Assembly: GCF_001194135.2 (NCBI RefSeq)
Contig: NC_068992.1
Location: forward strand, 44,437,312 to 44,501,311
Source: Octopus bimaculoides
Lineage: Eukaryota
Length of the DNA: 64,000 nt
Reading direction: 5' to 3'
Shown: positions 40,590 through 53,095 of the stretch, one piece after another
Position numbering within the stretch: the first letter of the stretch is position 1
How the letters are laid out: each line of letters starts with the position of its first letter
Made by a program: the position numbers and the translations under genes
The notes under the pieces: generated by a model
Seen by the model: the letters and a program-made list of their open reading frames with translations, nothing else
Databases searched by the model: none
Told to the model about the DNA's origin: nothing

Positions 40590-40800
40590 TGTGTGTGTGA
40601 GTTAGTGTGTGTGTGTGAGTTAGTGTGTGTGTGTGAGTTAGTGCTTGTGTGCATATGTATACGTGTGTTTGCGAGTTATGTGTGGTATGTGTGTGTGTGT
40701 GTGTGTGTGTGCATATGTATACATGTGTTTGCGAGTTATGCGTGTGTGTGTGTGTGAGTTAGTGCTTGTGTGCATATGTATACATGCGTTTGGGAGTTAT
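40590..40800. repeat. Compound GT-rich minisatellite with GTGAGTTAGT units and an internal duplication
   Basis: GTGTGTGTGAGTTAGT x3; the block GTGAGTTAGTGCTTGTGTGCATATGTATAC occurs twice. Confidence 0.8.
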
Positions 40801-41052
40801 GCGTGTGTGCGTGTGTGCGTGTGCGTGCGTGTGTGTGCATGCGTGCGCGCGCGTTTCTGTTATAGTAGCAACACCAACATCAACCATCGCAGCCTAAGTC
40901 ACTTTCTGAAGAAGTACAACTCTGAAACGTTTATATTTAGCTTCGAATTTAAAATAAGTGCGGTTGTTTACACTACATTACATACATACATACATGTGAG
41001 TGTGTGTATATGTATAAATAACGAAAGAAAGAGAGTGAATGAAATTTACATG

Positions 41053-41086
<34 letters not shown>

Positions 41087-41375
41087 CAGTGTGGAAGCGA
41101 AAGTGCCATGTGCCTACAGCAGTAATGCCATGTCTACTGCAGGTGATTACGAAGTTGCTGTTGCTGCACCTAGATGTGAGGGTGAAGAGGTGGGGAGAGG
41201 AAAGGTGAATAGACGATTTGAGGAGGAGGGGTGGGAGGACGAAGAGGAAGGCAGTAGTAAATACATGTGTGTGTGTGTGTGTGTGTGTGATCCAACACGT
41301 ATTTACCTCTCACCACTACCATCCGTCTCCACTGTTTTATACAGGAAGGATTTCGAACTTGTCTGCTATGTAAGA

Positions 41376-41416
<41 letters not shown>

Positions 41417-42674
41417 TGTGTGTGCGTGTGTGTGTGCGTGCGTGTGTGCGTGTAGGCGCGTGCGTGTGTGTCTGTGTATGTATGCGCGTCTGTATAATGT
41501 ATGGGCGTATGTGAGTGTTTGCATATATGTGTCATGTGCATTCGCGTATATATGTATATGTATATATATATGTATATTATATACATACATTCATATGTGT
41601 GTGTATAATATGCATGTATGTAAATATATCTGTATGTGTGTGTATGTGTGTGTATGTATGTGTAAATGTGTCTGTCTCTTTGTCTCTGTCTTTATGTGTC
41701 AGGGAGTGTCTGTGTTAGTGTCTTTCTATGCGTGCGTATGTATATGTGTATGCATATCTGTATGTGTGTGTGTGTGTGTGTGCGTGTGTGTGTGTGTGCG
41801 TGTGTGTGCGTGCGTGTGTGTGTCCCTGCAGTTGTAGTCGGCATTATACTAGTGTTTGGTCGATCAGCGATTTGAACAGACAGGAAAGTGGCTTGCATGG
41901 GGAGGTGCAAGCGTCCGTGCAAACTGCACTAAAATATATGCACACGAATGCAGCAACGTAAAGAGGCAGTGATGTGCGCCGTATGCACATGTACCGTTGT
42001 GTTTTATCATATTCAGCAACTGACTGCCGTCTCACCTATATTTTAACTCCCAGTTGACAATACATCAACAGGTATTGAGCACCCATTTGCGCGCATACGC
42101 ACATGCATATGTATGTACGTATGCATGTATGTATGTATGTGTGCGCATACGTATGTATGCGCACACATACATACACACACGCCCACGCACTCACCCCCAA
42201 CACACAAACACACATACGTACACATAGATATACACACACATATATGCATGCTTGATGTTACTGACTGTAAATAAAATGATTATAGATATAATCAACACTC
42301 TATGTGTGCATATATACATATACACATGCACACACACACACACACACATATACGCACGCACGCACGCACACACACACGCTCACTCACTCACACACACACG
42401 TACGCACACACAGAGGTACCCACGCGTTACGGAAGCGTTGTGTTCATAAAAAATTGCCGTAAGCTGGGGTTCCAGAATACGAATTATGCCTTTATTATGT
42501 ACGTTCAAAATTGATGAATCATTCAGTCGATACTCAGATATTCTCGTTACGTTTGATCGGTTAGGCAATACAGACTCTCACACACGCATGTATGCATGCA
42601 TACATACATACACACCCAATATAAATAAATACATACATACATACATACACACAATATATATATATGAAAGAGTG

Positions 42675-42815
42675 AAGGCACATGGCTCAGTGATTAGGGT
42701 ATCCGATGATTGTGATATCGATTATGAGTTCGATTCTCGGTGGCGCGCTGTGTCCTTGACCAAGGCACTTTATTTCACGTTGCTCCAGTCCACTCTGCTA
42801 GCAAAAAAATTAGAA
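42675..42815 (+). mobile_element. tRNA-derived SINE (family D) with CORE-like segment
   Basis: GGCACATGGCTCAGTGATTAGG (A box), GAGTTCGATTC (B box), TGTGTCCTTGACCAAGGCACTTT (CORE-like). Confidence 0.7.
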
Positions 42816-43480
42816 GTACCTATAATTCTAAGGACACATTCTACGCCACGCTGAATCTTCCTGGGTGTCATGTTATATATATATATATATATATATNNNN
42901 NNNNNNNNNNNNNNNNNNNNNNNNNNNNNNNNNNNNNNNNNNNNNNNNNNNNNNNNNNNNNNNNNNNNNNNNNNNNNNNNNNNNNNNNNNNNNNNNNNNN
43001 NNNNNNNNNNNNNNNNNNNNNNNNNNNNNNNNNNNNNNNNNNNNNNNNNNNNNNNNNNNNNNNNNNNNNNNNNNNNNNNNNNNNNNNNNNNNNNNNNNNN
43101 NNNNNNNNNNNNNNNNNNNNNNNNNNNNNNNNNNNNNNNNNNNNNNNNNNNNNNNNNNNNNNNNNNNNNNNNNNNNNNNNNNNNNNNNNNNNNNNNNNNN
43201 NNNNNNNNNNNNNNNNNNNNNNNNNNNNNNNNNNNNNNNNNNNNNNNNNNNNNNNNNNNNNNNNNNNNNNNNNNNNNNNNNNNNNNNNNNNNNNNNNNNN
43301 NNNNNNNNNNNNNNNNNNNNNNNNNNNNNNNNNNNNNNNNNNNNNNNNNNNNNNNNNNNNNNNNNNNNNNNNNNNNNNNNNNNNNNNNNNNNNNNNNNNN
43401 NNNNNNNNNNNNNNNNNNNNNNNNNNNNNNNNNNNNNNNNNNNNNNNNNNNNNNNNNNNNNNNNNNNNNNNNNNNNNNNN

Positions 43481-43775
43481 NATAGCCTCAGGCCGACCAA
43501 AGCCTTGTGAGTGGATTTAGTAGACGGAAACTGAAAGAAGCCCGTCGTATATACGTATATGTATATATATGTGTCTGTGTTTGTCCACCTCCAACATCGC
43601 TTGACAACCGATGCTGGTGTGTTTACGTCCCCGTAACTTAGCGGTTCGGCTAAAGTGACTGATAGAATAAGTACTAGGCTTACAAAGAATAAGTCCTGGG
43701 GTCGATTTGCTCGACTAAAGGCGGTGCTCCAGCATGGCCGCAGTCAAATGGCTGAAACAAGTAAAAGAGTAAAAG
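43481..43775 (+). mobile_element. Family B SINE, 3' two-thirds with (GTAAAAGA)n tail
   Basis: Continuous from ATAGCCTCAGGCCGACCAAAGCC through the internal TA/GT tract to GGGGTCGATTTGCTCGACTAAAGGCGGTGCTCCAGCATGGCCGCAGTCAAATGGCTGAAACAAGTAAAAGAGTAAAAGAG. Confidence 0.88.
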
Positions 43776-44168
43776 AGTTATATATATATGTGTGTGTGTG
43801 TGTGTGTCTGTGTGTGTGTGTCTGTGTATGTATATAGATAGATGAGTACATGAATGTATGTGCATATGTTTCTGTGTTCCTCTATGCACACACAAACAAA
43901 CAAACAAACACACACAGATGCACTAGTTCACTGACGCACGTATGTGTGTCTGTGAGAGATTTGCGCGTGCGGGATTTGGCGGTATGCGGGAGTAAAGTGT
44001 GTGTGTGTGTGGGGGGGGAGGTATGTTAGTTTTAATAAATAAATAAATAAATGTGCAAAAAAATAAATAAATGTGATTGCTAGGCAACAACATGAAGAAA
44101 GTCTGTTGGTGAAACATTGCTGAACAATCTTCTGGTGTAAGGTCGTGTAGTGCTGTATGTGTGTGTAC

Positions 44169-44231
<63 letters not shown>

Positions 44232-44323
44232 CTGTATTCTGTGTATGCGTATGGAGGTGCATGATACGTGTATAGTATTGTGTCTGTGCGAATCTGTTGG
44301 CTGAATGCACTGTCAGCACAACA

Positions 44324-44400
<77 letters not shown>

Positions 44401-44914
44401 NNNNNNNNNNNNNNNNNNNNNNNNNNNNNNNNNNNNNNNNNNNNNNNNNNNNNNNNNNNNNNNNNNNNNNNNNNNNNNNNNNNNNNNNNNNNNNNNNNNN
44501 NNNNNNNNNNNNNNNNNNNNNNNNNNNNNNTCTGTGTGTCATAGGTAAAGCAAGTGTAACATTGTGCAGCAATAGCAGCACTGAAATTGCAGTACGACTG
44601 ATTGCTAGTTGCACTATATGCGTGTGTATGTATGTATGTATGTATGTATATGTGTGTGTGTGTGTGTGTGTCTGCATTATATGTGTGTGCGCGTGTGCGT
44701 GAGAGAAAGAGAGAGAAAGAGTGCAGAAGGGAGAGGAGAGAGAGAGAGAGAGAAAACAGTGAGCCCCAGAAAACTGTCAACGATCGAAACTAAATGGCAT
44801 AGATTGTTTGGTAGAGGTCATGTATAGACTAACACATGCATTTGGTTATATTTACAGACACAGACAAGCACTTATATAAAATATATATCCATATATATAC
44901 ATGTATGTACATAT

Positions 44915-44981
<67 letters not shown>

Positions 44982-45625
44982 TGTGTGAATGCATATTGAA
45001 TGTATACACATGTACAGATATTGATGTTGTACTCTAGTGATGATGAAACGGTGAAGGTGGAGCTGTGGAGTTGTGATGCGCGTGTGTTTGTGTGTGGGAG
45101 GGCTTTTCGGCGAGGCACATTTTTAATTAGATTGCACTGTTTTGTGCAATCTATGTCAAATATTGTCAGTTCACCCCTTTCTTCCTCCCTACTCAGACGT
45201 CAGACATCAGTCGTGCGATGGTGCACCTCTTCCTCCTTCTCTTCCTCTTCTTCCTCACACACACACCTCGACGTCACTAATGGAATGTTGCACTCCTTCG
45301 AGATATTCAGGCTGGAATGAGACCCCCTCCCCCTCCTTTCTCTTAGACTTTGCTCCTGGCAAGGTGTACTACCTTGGCCCCAGCCATTAGTCATGCAATG
45401 GTGTACCACCTTCCCCCAACACTTAATGGATAAGGAAATGTCTAGAAATGAACTAAATCTCTATTAGTTACAGTTCACATGTCCACAGATTGGAATCCAG
45501 ACGAGGGAAGTGAAAATATTTATGGGGAACTATTTTAGTTTTGAAATAAATGAAAGTGAAAGTGGATATGCGTGGGTGGGAGTGTTGGGGGATATTCAGC
45601 TTAATACATGGGTGTGTAGCTACAA

Positions 45626-45709
<84 letters not shown>

Positions 45710-45763
45710 GCCTGTCTATCTATCCATCTATCTATCTCTCTACATGATTTTATATTCAGGTAT

Positions 45764-45803
<40 letters not shown>

Positions 45804-46224
45804 AGCACAAACACACACACACACACACACCTACATACACACACAAACACACACACACATATCCACAACACTCACACGCGCTAATATACACCAGAAACTA
45901 ATTGATAGTGACTTCAGTGGCATCAGTCGTTACTATCAACTTTTTGCTTGTAAATACATATTTATTACTCTACATTAATGTATTGAGAGATCCTTCATGT
46001 TTGGCTTTCTTTTTCTTTTTTGACGCGTCACCCTGTAACTATATTATACACATAAACATATACATACATACATACATACATACTTACATGCATACTCAAA
46101 TATAAATGTATGTATGTATGTATCTATATATCTATGTGCGTATGTATATATATATATATAGATAGATAGATACACACACACACAAACTCACACATATCTA
46201 CATACATATATATATATATGTTTC

Positions 46225-46330
46225 CTTTCCGACGAAATGCTATGCTCGAAACGTCAAATTCACACCTTTCACTGAGCGTCAAGCTAATACATTTCATATG
46301 CACGTCCTCGTGTTGTCCGTTTTTATTCGT
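46225..46330 (+). mobile_element. Probable Penelope-type pseudo-LTR relic with degenerate hammerhead core
   Basis: CCGACGA-AATGCTATGCTC-GAAAC resembles CUGANGA-stemII-GAAAC; stem II is broken. Confidence 0.35.
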
Positions 46331-46347
46331 TTATTTGAATTGAATGT

Positions 46348-46401
<54 letters not shown>

Positions 46402-46596
46402 NNNNNNNNNNTTAATAGTAGATCACAACATTTGTTTCTGCACCGCACACCAGCTTTAAGTTGCTGTGTTTATATTCATATGCCATTATACATGATCATT
46501 CTTTATAATTACCATATAGTTGAATATTTTTCATCAGTAACCATGAGTGGACGGTTCCTCCGGTGGAATACGGTTAATTCCTGTTACACACACACA

Positions 46597-46631
<35 letters not shown>

Positions 46632-47096
46632 TATGATAAGTGCATGCCTTTCACTTACTTTCACACTCTCTTCCCCCCTCTCTCTTTCCCTCAATGCATA
46701 GTCAATAGTTTCATTTAGCTAGTGATGGTCAGACAAAACTAGTATGTGGTCTTCCCGTCTGTCCAACCGTGACTGCCCTCTGGTTTAATCACATGACTTA
46801 TTTTCACTGCTTCACTAAACATACAGTTATGTCTATTTAACGCTTACATGCACATTTATTTACTATATATTCTCATACACTCGGCTGCAGTATTCTTTGC
46901 CGCTTTAAATATTATGTATGTTTATATATATATATACGTGTGTGTATATATATCTGCCTGAGAGAACGTGTGCAGGCAGACTCATGCATATAATGCATGT
47001 ATGTATATATGTACACATGCATATATTGTATTACACTCTTCACTTTATGGTAGCTCCCCACCCCACTTCATCTGACATGTCGTCACTTGCCCCATC

Positions 47097-47172
47097 TCCT
47101 CCTCCTTCTCGTCCTCCTCCTTCTCGTCCTCCTCCTTCTCGTCCTCCTCCTTCTCGTTCTCCTCCTTCTCTT
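47097..47172. repeat. 15-bp minisatellite (CCTCCTCCTTCTCGT) x~5
   Basis: Read directly. Confidence 0.93.
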
Positions 47173-47345
47173 CCTCCCTATTGTCCTGCAGGGTTCAGCC
47201 ATCCTTGTTTTCCTATCCATTTTTCCTGGACTCCTTTTGCTTATTATCAATTTATATTTTTTATTATATTCATGTTTATATTCGTTCTTTATATATTTGT
47301 TATAGAATTAACTACGTGAATGAACGTGTACTCGTTCTACTAATA

Positions 47346-47389
<44 letters not shown>

Positions 47390-47407
47390 GTGTGTGTGAG
47401 AGAAAGA

Positions 47408-47438
<31 letters not shown>

Positions 47439-47699
47439 TGCATGTATGTGTGTGTGTGCTCGAACATGCTTTCATGTCCAGACACGAGTATGTTTGTGCG
47501 TGTTATTAACTGTATATAGCTGTGTGAACATGCATATGTTTGAACGTGCATGTATGCATGTACGTATGCCCGTGTGTGTGCGCGTGCATATATGCATACG
47601 AACGTGTATGCTACGTGTATGCACATATGTGTATGTTATGTGTTGTGTATGAAGTACGAGTATAGATATGATTAAATTACAATATGCAAGAATATATGC

Positions 47700-47822
47700 G
47701 CACCTTCTCCTTCGGGTTGAGGGACAAGGAAAGTCACTGGGTGCAAGTTCTGGGCTATAATGATGGAGAAGAAGTTTCAATACCGATCTCTGTCAAGTAG
47801 TTGGGTACCATCATGGAATTGT
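47700..47822 (-). mobile_element. Mariner transposase fragment
   Basis: MMVPNYLTEIGIETSSPSL / LLHHYSPELAPSDF (YSPDLAP.D motif). Confidence 0.8.
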
Positions 47823-47920
47823 ACACACACACACACACACATATACATGTACGCGCGTGCAACTCACACTCACACTCGCACACACACACGCACACGCACA
47901 TACACACGCGCGCACACACA

Positions 47921-48620
47921 AGGTGCATTCCAAAAGTTTTGAGACGTTTTCTTTGGGAGACATTTATTAATTTCAAAGAAGTTAAAACTATAATCTCCTT
48001 CAAAGTAGGATCCTCTGTCTTCAATACATTTGTTGAAGCTCCCCAGCCACTTTCTGAAGGCCCCATGGTACTCCTCCAAAGTGAAGGTTCCCAGGATCCT
48101 TGTCACAACTTCCTTCATCTTCTCCTTCAGGTTGAGGAACAACGAAAGTCACAGGGTGCAAGGTCTGGGCTTTGATACCGATCTCTGCCAAGTAGTTGGG
48201 TACCATCATGGAATTGTGGATTAGTGCATTGCTCAGGTATAGGTGCTCTGGCCTTTTGCGACGAAATCACTTCTAGAATTCTCTTAAAGCCTCTGCAAAA
48301 TACTCTTTGTTGACCATCTGGCCTGAGGGAATGTAGATGATGTCCTTGCTATAAAAAAAAAGGGAACATGATGAGTTCCCTGGTCGACTTACTTTGCCTG
48401 AGCTCTTGTACCTGCGAAAAACAGATAATCGGTTCATGTAAGTTAATCCATAAGCAGTCTGTAGTATTTCAGTACCGTTTTTCTCCAATTTGACACAAAA
48501 CTTTAGGATAGTGAACTTCCAAATAGTCTTCACGTCCCGACTGTATTCTGCAAACTAATTAGCTGTGACAAACGGTGTTCAGTAAGGTATGTTCAAAGCG
48601 TTGTTGGTGCAGCCATCTCC
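47921..48620 (-). mobile_element. Mariner element relic, internally deleted
   Basis: ILKFCVKLEKNGTEILQTAYG..MNRLSVFR (N-terminal HTH), PSGQMVNKEYFAEALREF, C-terminal EYHGAF.KWL..FNKCIE.RGSYFEGD; TIR-like end GGTGCATTCCAAAAGTTTTGAGAC near 47922. Confidence 0.85.
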
Positions 48621-48822
48621 TTCAGCCTGAAATAATAAAGGTGGCAGGTCAGCTTGTTAGATATATAGTAATGATACACAAAAAATACAATAATTTAGGA
48701 GAGTTATAACTGCATCTTCTAAAAGACATCTCAAACCTTCTGAATGCAACTGGTATATGTATATATGTATGTATACACAAACACAGAGACACCCACACAC
48801 ACGCACACACACACACACACAT

Positions 48823-48862
<40 letters not shown>

Positions 48863-49196
48863 ACGTACATACGTATGTATGTATGCATGTATGTATGTAT
48901 GTATGTATGTATGTATNNNNNNNNNNNNNNNNNNNNNNNNNNNNNNNNNNNNNNNNNNNNNNNNNNNNNNNNNNNNNNNNNNNNNNNNNNNNNNNNNNNN
49001 NNNNNNNNNNNNNNNNNNNNNNNNNNNNNNNNNNNNNNNNNNNNNNNNNNNNNNNNNNNNNNNNNNNNNNNNNNNNNNNNNNNNNNNNNNNNNNNNNNNN
49101 NNNNNNNNNNNNNNNNNNNNNNNNNNNNNNNNNNNNNNNNNNNNNNNNNNNNNNTATATATATAAATATATATCTTACTGCCCCTTTCTGACTTCC

Positions 49197-49231
<35 letters not shown>

Positions 49232-50519
49232 GAGAATGAAAGAGAAAGAGAGAAATAAGTGCGTACCCATACGTACACACGCGTGTACACACACGCACGC
49301 ACTTAAACACACTTAACCTTGTAGTTTTACTTAATCCTGTAGTCTATTTATGGAGAATTTCTATTACTAGTAATTATAATCTACTCATGATGGTTAGTAT
49401 AACAATAAGTATTCATGATAAATACTGTCGAACGACAGAAGATTGCTTGTTTGGATTACTACAAGCCATATTTCTTGCACTGACATATCCTTTTAATTCT
49501 TCCACAGGGATCTCACTTTGGCTTCGAATTTTCCTCGTAATGAATAAAATCGTGTTAATTAAGAAAACATAATCTAATGTCTGCTATGTAGGGACTACAA
49601 AGACATTTAATCAAAATTAAATTTAGTGACTGCCAGGTTTCGAAACGCTGACATCCTGTGCACTTCTGATGTACTTTGACAATGGTGCAGTAATTCAATG
49701 GACAGACATGACTAAGAAAAAGCCTGCAGTCACTAGAATGTTTCCTGTTCACTCAGTTAGTTCGACCAGGCATTAAATATACATAATATATCCAATGACC
49801 AACGTATATATCGATCGTTACGTATCGAGATATACCCTCTTTTGTCATGTCGGCTACTTGTATAGCTTGACCTTTCTCTGTCGTTCAACAAAATCCATTA
49901 AGTTGGGTGACTCATTCAATCGATGTTGATCCTTTGTTTCTGTAGGTTACTGTGGATATCATTAGTCATTGCTAGATGAACAACTATTTCATTCCTGCTA
50001 AATACGTTATTGATTGGTCAGTCATGTCGAGTCACACCTCTCATTCGTAATGTCTTCTTCATATTTTGGCATTAAACAAAGAAAATAAAAAATAAAAAAC
50101 GGTGTTTTATCCATCATGACAACTTATATGGCGGTTGGAAACAAAATACTGAAGAGAATTAAAAGATATTAGTTCCAGCAATAGGATCCAAACACAGAAT
50201 TTTCGCAGATTCGTTGATATTTATCATAAAATATATATTATAATTACAGATAGATGACCGTCGAGTAAAGATCTTATAATAAAACTAATTTCAGAGAGAA
50301 ATGTCGCTTAAAGAAACAAATATTATTGACGATGAAATATCGCCTAGATTCTCCTAGGCGCACATGCATACATACATACACACATACATACATACATACA
50401 TACATACATACATACATACATACATACATACATCACAAACATGGACCTTTTTCTGTGACAAATTCAAAGCAACTGTATTTCACAAATAAACCTTAACCTA
50501 ATCAACCCATTATTTTGTT

Positions 50520-50660
50520 GATTTTACGTGAATCGCTACCCCCACTATCGCCCCACTTTTGACATGAATCGCTATCCTGTTATCACTCCGCTTTTCTTCA
50601 ACGCTCTCTTGGAACTTTCTACCCCAGGGGGAAATACCGCCCACTTTGGGAACCACTAAT
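50520..50660 (-). mobile_element. Possible hAT MITE end
   Basis: Minus strand TAGTGGTTCCCAAAGTGGGCGG is hAT-TIR-like; internal GAATCGCTA motif occurs twice. Confidence 0.35.
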
Positions 50661-51054
50661 GTAGATGATCTGTTATGAGAAGAGAAAAACCTTCTTTTGA
50701 AATTCTCGAGACAGATTATGTGCAAATGTCGGCAAGTCGAAATTTTTTTCGTTTTTACCATATATTTTTATAAGCATTTAGGTTTGGTGTCGGACGACGG
50801 ATGGTGCAAAGATTTTGTGCAAAGTATTGTTTATAAGACTTTACCAGATCTTAAAACTTAGCTAAATCTATCCCTGAAATGTAAGTAGTTTCCTTTCTGT
50901 CTTTCAAAATTCCTAATGTGGTTTGATTATGATAAGGCGAAATGCAAATAATTCACAATCTACAGGTATTGTTACATAGTAATTTTAAAACTAAATTCAT
51001 TAAAATCTGAAATTCAGAAACTCGGAGTTAAACTCATTATTAAAATCTGCGGGC

Positions 51055-51290
51055 TAAGGCAGCGAGCTGGCAGAATCGTTAGCACGCCGGGCGAAATGCT
51101 TAGCGGTATTTCGTCTGCTGTTACGTTCTGAGTTCAGATTCCACTGAGGTCGACTTTGCCTTTCATCCTTTCAGGGTAGATAAATTAAATACCAGTTACG
51201 CACTGGAGTCGATGTAATCGACTTAATCCCTCTGTCTGTCCTTGTTTGTCCCCTCTATGTTTAGCCCCTTGTGGGCAATAAAGAAATAAG
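51055..51290 (+). mobile_element. Family A tRNA-SINE, full length, with Tx1-like 3' tail
   Basis: Head TAAGGCAGCGAGCTGGCAGAATCGTTAGC, B box GAGTTCAGATTCC, core GAGGTCGACTTTGCCTTTCATCCTTTC..GATAAATTAAATACCAG (Meta/MESC-like from memory), tail TGTCTGTCCTTGTTTGTCCCCTC...AATAAAGAAAT. Confidence 0.92.
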
Positions 51291-51485
51291 AATCTGGGCA
51301 AAATGCTTAGCGATATTTCGTTTGTCTTCACGTTCTGAGTTCAAATTCCACTGCGGTCGACTTTACCTTTCATTATTTCGGGGTTGATGAAATAAGTACC
51401 AGTTTCGCACTACAGTCGATGTAATCGACTTACCCACTCCCCCGAAATCGCTGGCCTTGTGCCAGAATTTGAAACCACTATTAAA
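51291..51485 (+). mobile_element. Family A SINE lacking the first ~35 nt, with alternative tail
   Basis: Starts CTGGGCAAAATGCTTAGCG directly after the previous copy; ends CCCCGAAATCGCTGGCCTTGTGCCAGAATTTGAAACCACTATT. Confidence 0.88.
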
Positions 51486-52068
51486 ATCTATGAACAGTTT
51501 TTTTTTCCTCAATGTATATTAAAACCCTTTCTGCTTCCCTAAATCTCAGTGCTCTGACATTCTACTTTTCCTCCCTGGAACTTTATCACATCACATCCCC
51601 ATCTGTGCTTGAGTCTTACAGACAGTTAGTATGATACTGGGTTGTAGTGTCATCCATTGTGATGCAGTATGGTGCAGTGAGATGCTGTGAAGTGCACTGT
51701 GGCCCAATATGATGTAATGTGGTGCTGATGATCCAGCAAGAATTTGGCTGTGACAAGATTCAGTTATTCCTCTTAATCATTATATTCACTGTACTCTCTC
51801 TCTCTCTCTCTCTCTCTCTTTCCTGCTCTCTATCTCCTGCGCTCCCCCCCTCTCTCCCTTGCCTGCTCTCTGTGTGTTTGCCTGTCTGTCTGTCTGCTTG
51901 TCTGCCTGCCTGTCTGTCTCTGTCTTTCTCTGTCTTTCTTTCACTTTCTTTCTTCCTCTTTTCGTGTGTAGAGAGATTGGGAATGAAATTCGAGGAACGG
52001 GGGTGAAAAGAGTGAGAGAGACAGAATAAATACAAAGAGAAAGAAAGTAAGCGAGAAAAAATAGAAAG

Positions 52069-52102
<34 letters not shown>

Positions 52103-52135
52103 ACAGACAGACAGATAGTGAGTGTGTGAGTGAGT

Positions 52136-52173
<38 letters not shown>

Positions 52174-52252
52174 GAGAAAGAGAGAGAGATCAAAAGTGTT
52201 TCAATGAAAAAAACCTGCATTGATTATATTCGGGAATGTGGGCGTGTAAGGC

Positions 52253-52318
52253 GTATGTGTGTGCGGTTTGCATGTGTGTGTGCGGTTTGCATGTATGTGT
52301 GTGCGGTTTGCATGTGTG
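52253..52318. repeat. ~20-bp minisatellite GTGTGTGCGGTTTGCAT(GT) x3
   Basis: Read directly. Confidence 0.9.
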
Positions 52319-52619
52319 TGTGTGTGTGTGTTGGGTGGTGGTGCATGTCTACAGCACGCGCACCTGTATATAGTTATAAAATTAACAACTACAATAATTA
52401 AAATTAGTTTTGGTGTGCTAGAAATAGCAGCTACCATATCACTTACTTCAGTTTTTTAAAATGGAAGGAGACATCGGATAGCAGAATTAAATACGACGTC
52501 TGGAAATATAGGGAATGGGGGCGGCTTAGTGACTTTGGTCACAGATCTGTTTATTTAGAGAAAATTTAAGGTTAAACAACAACTACATCGTAATGTAACT
52601 AAACTGCAGTAACAACAAC

Positions 52620-52772
52620 AACAATAATAGTAATGATTTCTAATTTTAATGCAAGGCTAGCAATTCCGGAGGTGGAGTAAGTCGATTACAACGACTCAAG
52701 TACTCAACTGATACTTAATTTATGGACCCCGAAAGGATGAAAGGCAAAGTCGACCTCGGCGGAATTTGAACT
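52620..52772 (-). mobile_element. Family A SINE, truncated at the B box
   Basis: Plus strand CCCCGAAAGGATGAAAGGCAAAGTCGACCTCGGCGGAATTTGAACTC. Confidence 0.88.
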
Positions 52773-52774
52773 CA

Positions 52775-53005
52775 CTAGTAATAATAATAACGGTTTCAAA
52801 TTTTGTCACAAGGGCAGCTATTCTAGGGGAGGGATGAGTCGATTACATCGACCCCAGTGTTCAACTGGTACTTAATTTTACGACCCCGAAAGGATGAACG
52901 GCAAAGTCGACCTCAGCGGAGTTTGAACTCGTAAAGTAAGGACGGACGAAACGCCGCTAAGCATTTTGCCCAGGGTGCTAACAATTCTGCCAGCTCACCG
53001 CCTTA
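52775..53005 (-). mobile_element. Family A SINE, full length, (TTA)n tail
   Basis: Minus strand TAAGGCGGTGAGCTGGCAGAATTGTTAGC...GAGTTCAAACTCCGCTGAGGTCGACTTTGCC...CCCTTGTGACAAAATTTGAAACCGTTATTATTATT. Confidence 0.92.
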
Positions 53006-53008
53006 GAC

Positions 53009-53093
53009 AAATATGCAACGCTTCGCGAATTTGCGTGTCATCCTTGCTAAACTTCTCTGCATCGTTCCAATTTTAATATATGTATTACCGAAT
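53009..53093 (-). pseudogene. U6: U6 snRNA pseudogene with 13-nt internal deletion
   Basis: Minus strand TTCGGTAATACATATATTAAAATTGGAACGATGCAGAGAAGTTTAGCA^AGGATGACACGCAAATTCGCGAAGCGTTGCATATTT aligns to metazoan U6 with about 8 substitutions versus the human sequence. The ACAGAGA box reads GCAGAGA; TGGCCCCTGCGCA is deleted. Confidence 0.95.
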
Positions 53094-53095
53094 AA

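Noticed and set aside
44076-44088. RFX X-box-like ATTGCTAGGCAAC, and nearby E2F-like GCGGGA/TTTGGCGG motifs (43960-43992)
   Set aside because: Isolated short matches in microsatellite context with no supporting gene structure.
29330-52318. CRISPR-like or otherwise informational arrays among the 15-20-bp tandem repeats
   Set aside because: The units are directly adjacent with no unique spacers, and the DNA is eukaryotic. These are ordinary minisatellites.
53009-53093. Functional U6 or U6atac gene
   Set aside because: The ACAGAGA box is mutated, the internal stem-loop is deleted, the 5' end is missing, and the upstream DNA is SINE rather than a PSE/TATA promoter.
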